Assembly (NCBI GenBank): GCA_965223545.1
Contig: OZ245006.1
Span: 640,001 to 704,000 of the forward strand
Direction: 5' to 3'
From: Planctomycetota bacterium
Lineage (GTDB): Bacteria > Planctomycetota > UBA1135 > UBA2386
DNA: 64,000 nt
Below are positions 62,934-64,000 of the stretch, in pieces. Made by a program: the position numbers and the translations under genes. Every line of letters begins with the position of its first letter. Position 1 is the first letter of the stretch. Below the pieces are notes generated by a model. That model was not told the DNA's origin and ran no database searches. It saw only the letters and a program-made list of their open reading frames with translations.

Positions 62934-64000
62934 TCAGCCTCCGGCGCCGCCGACCGCGGGATTCGACGGCGGCGCGCCGGCTCCCGCCGACGGCGGACTG
63001 CTGCCGAGGACCCCGCCCAGCACGGCGACCACCGCCTCGACCCCGTAGAACCCGTAGATCCACTGCACGCCGTCGGTGAAGCCATAGCTGTGCAGACCGA
63101 CCCCGAGCCGGTTGACGTGCCACCACGAGAACACGATCACGGCGGTGCCGATCACGCTCGCGACGCAGACGCCGAGATCCCGCAAGAAGCCCCCCATGCG
63201 GCCGTGCAGGATGGCGATCTGCCAGAGGCAGATCATCAGCGCGCCGTTCTCCTTGGGGTCCCAACCCCAGAACCGACCCCAGCTGTAGTTGGCCCAGATG
63301 CCCCCCAGGATCGTCCCCACCACCGAGAACAGCAGGCTGAAGCACAGCGTCCCGTACACCATCCGCGCCAGGTTGCGGTAGAACGCCCGGTCCTCCCGGC
63401 GGAACCGAAACACCCGGCCCAGCACGTACACGTGGCCGATGACCCCGGCGAGGATCCCGGCACCGTAGCCGGTGGTGATGGCAGTGACGTGGGTCGCCAG
63501 CCAGAAGTTGGTGTCCAGCACCGCCAAGACCCGTCCCATCGTGTCCTGGGCTTCGCCCAGCTCGTGGCGCCCGGCGAAGAACAGACCTACGACGCCGATC
63601 ACGGTGGCGAGGATCAAACCGACGCGCTTGCGGTTGATCCACTCGGTGGCCAGCGCGAGCAACACACCGACCGCCGTGACGAACAGGATCGTGTCGTACA
63701 GATTGACGATCGGCGGGCGCCCCCGCAGGACGCAGCGCCAGACGATGCCGGCGACGAGCAGGGTCAATGCCCCGGCAGTGGCCGCGGCAGCCCCCCGCCA
63801 CATGATGCTCCGCAGCGGGCCGAGCAACGAGGCGCCGACCAACAGGAACGAGAGCACGAAGACGCACAGGCTCCAGAAGAAGAGGTCGGCGCGGTAGTAG
63901 CTGACCTCTTGCTCGATCTTCGCGTACTCCCCCCGCGGGGTCGCCATCCCCGCCACTGCGGAGTGCAGCATCCGCGCCGCGTTGGCCGTGCGCTCGCTCT
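62934..64000 (-). CDS. ccsA: Cytochrome c biogenesis system II CcsA (probably CcsBA fusion); 5' end outside the window
   Basis: GRPPIVNLY, NFWLATHV, WANYSWGRFWGWDPKE (WWD domain), GVGLHSYG; frame open to the window edge. Confidence 0.95.
   Translation of the reverse strand, partial: SERTANAARMLHSAVAGMATPRGEYAKIEQEVSYYRADLFFWSLCVFVLSFLLVGASLLGPLRSIMWRGAAAATAGALTLLVAGIVWRCVLRGRPPIVNLYDTILFVTAVGVLLALATEWINRKRVGLILATVIGVVGLFFAGRHELGEAQDTMGRVLAVLDTNFWLATHVTAITTGYGAGILAGVIGHVYVLGRVFRFRREDRAFYRNLARMVYGTLCFSLLFSVVGTILGGIWANYSWGRFWGWDPKENGALMICLWQIAILHGRMGGFLRDLGVCVASVIGTAVIVFSWWHVNRLGVGLHSYGFTDGVQWIYGFYGVEAVVAVLGGVLGSSPPSAGAGAPPSNPAVGGAGG

Overview
GC-rich bacterial chromosomal DNA, densely coding, probably from a Planctomycetota/PVC organism (a Minf_1886-type gene, a TsaC/Sua5-LMW-phosphatase fusion, a divergent DnaA homolog). 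About 1-25.5 kb is an exopolysaccharide/glycosylation locus resembling the exosortase-A/PEP-CTERM-associated clusters: a FemAB-like domain, GT2s, a deacetylase, GT4s, an AsnB-like amidotransferase, an O-ligase/Wzy, a chain-length protein, Wza, rmlA/B/D, an epimerase and UXS. Inserted on the opposite strand is a kinase-regulator-TPR trio whose two-component pair appears catalytically degenerate: His->Asp in the kinase H-box with no N/G1 boxes, and Asp->Glu in the sigma54 activator. The middle holds housekeeping genes (accC, accB with a histone-H1-like tail, asd, moaC, S41 protease, glyQS, holB, tmk), a degenerate DnaA paralog, a TPR-metallopeptidase, a canonical sigma54 two-component pair, tsaC-PTP, lpxD, a membrane spermidine-synthase-like protein and PTS IIA. 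The right end has a partial type II secretion cluster (gspDEFGHIJ), serS, a large secreted hypothetical protein, a rhomboid and a partial ccsA/CcsBA. I found no rRNA, tRNA, CRISPR array or transposase. The most notable signals are the pseudo two-component system, a GT2-pseudoenzyme/FemAB fusion missing from the ORF track, and the degenerate DnaA. All calls come from motif recognition by eye; no searches were run.
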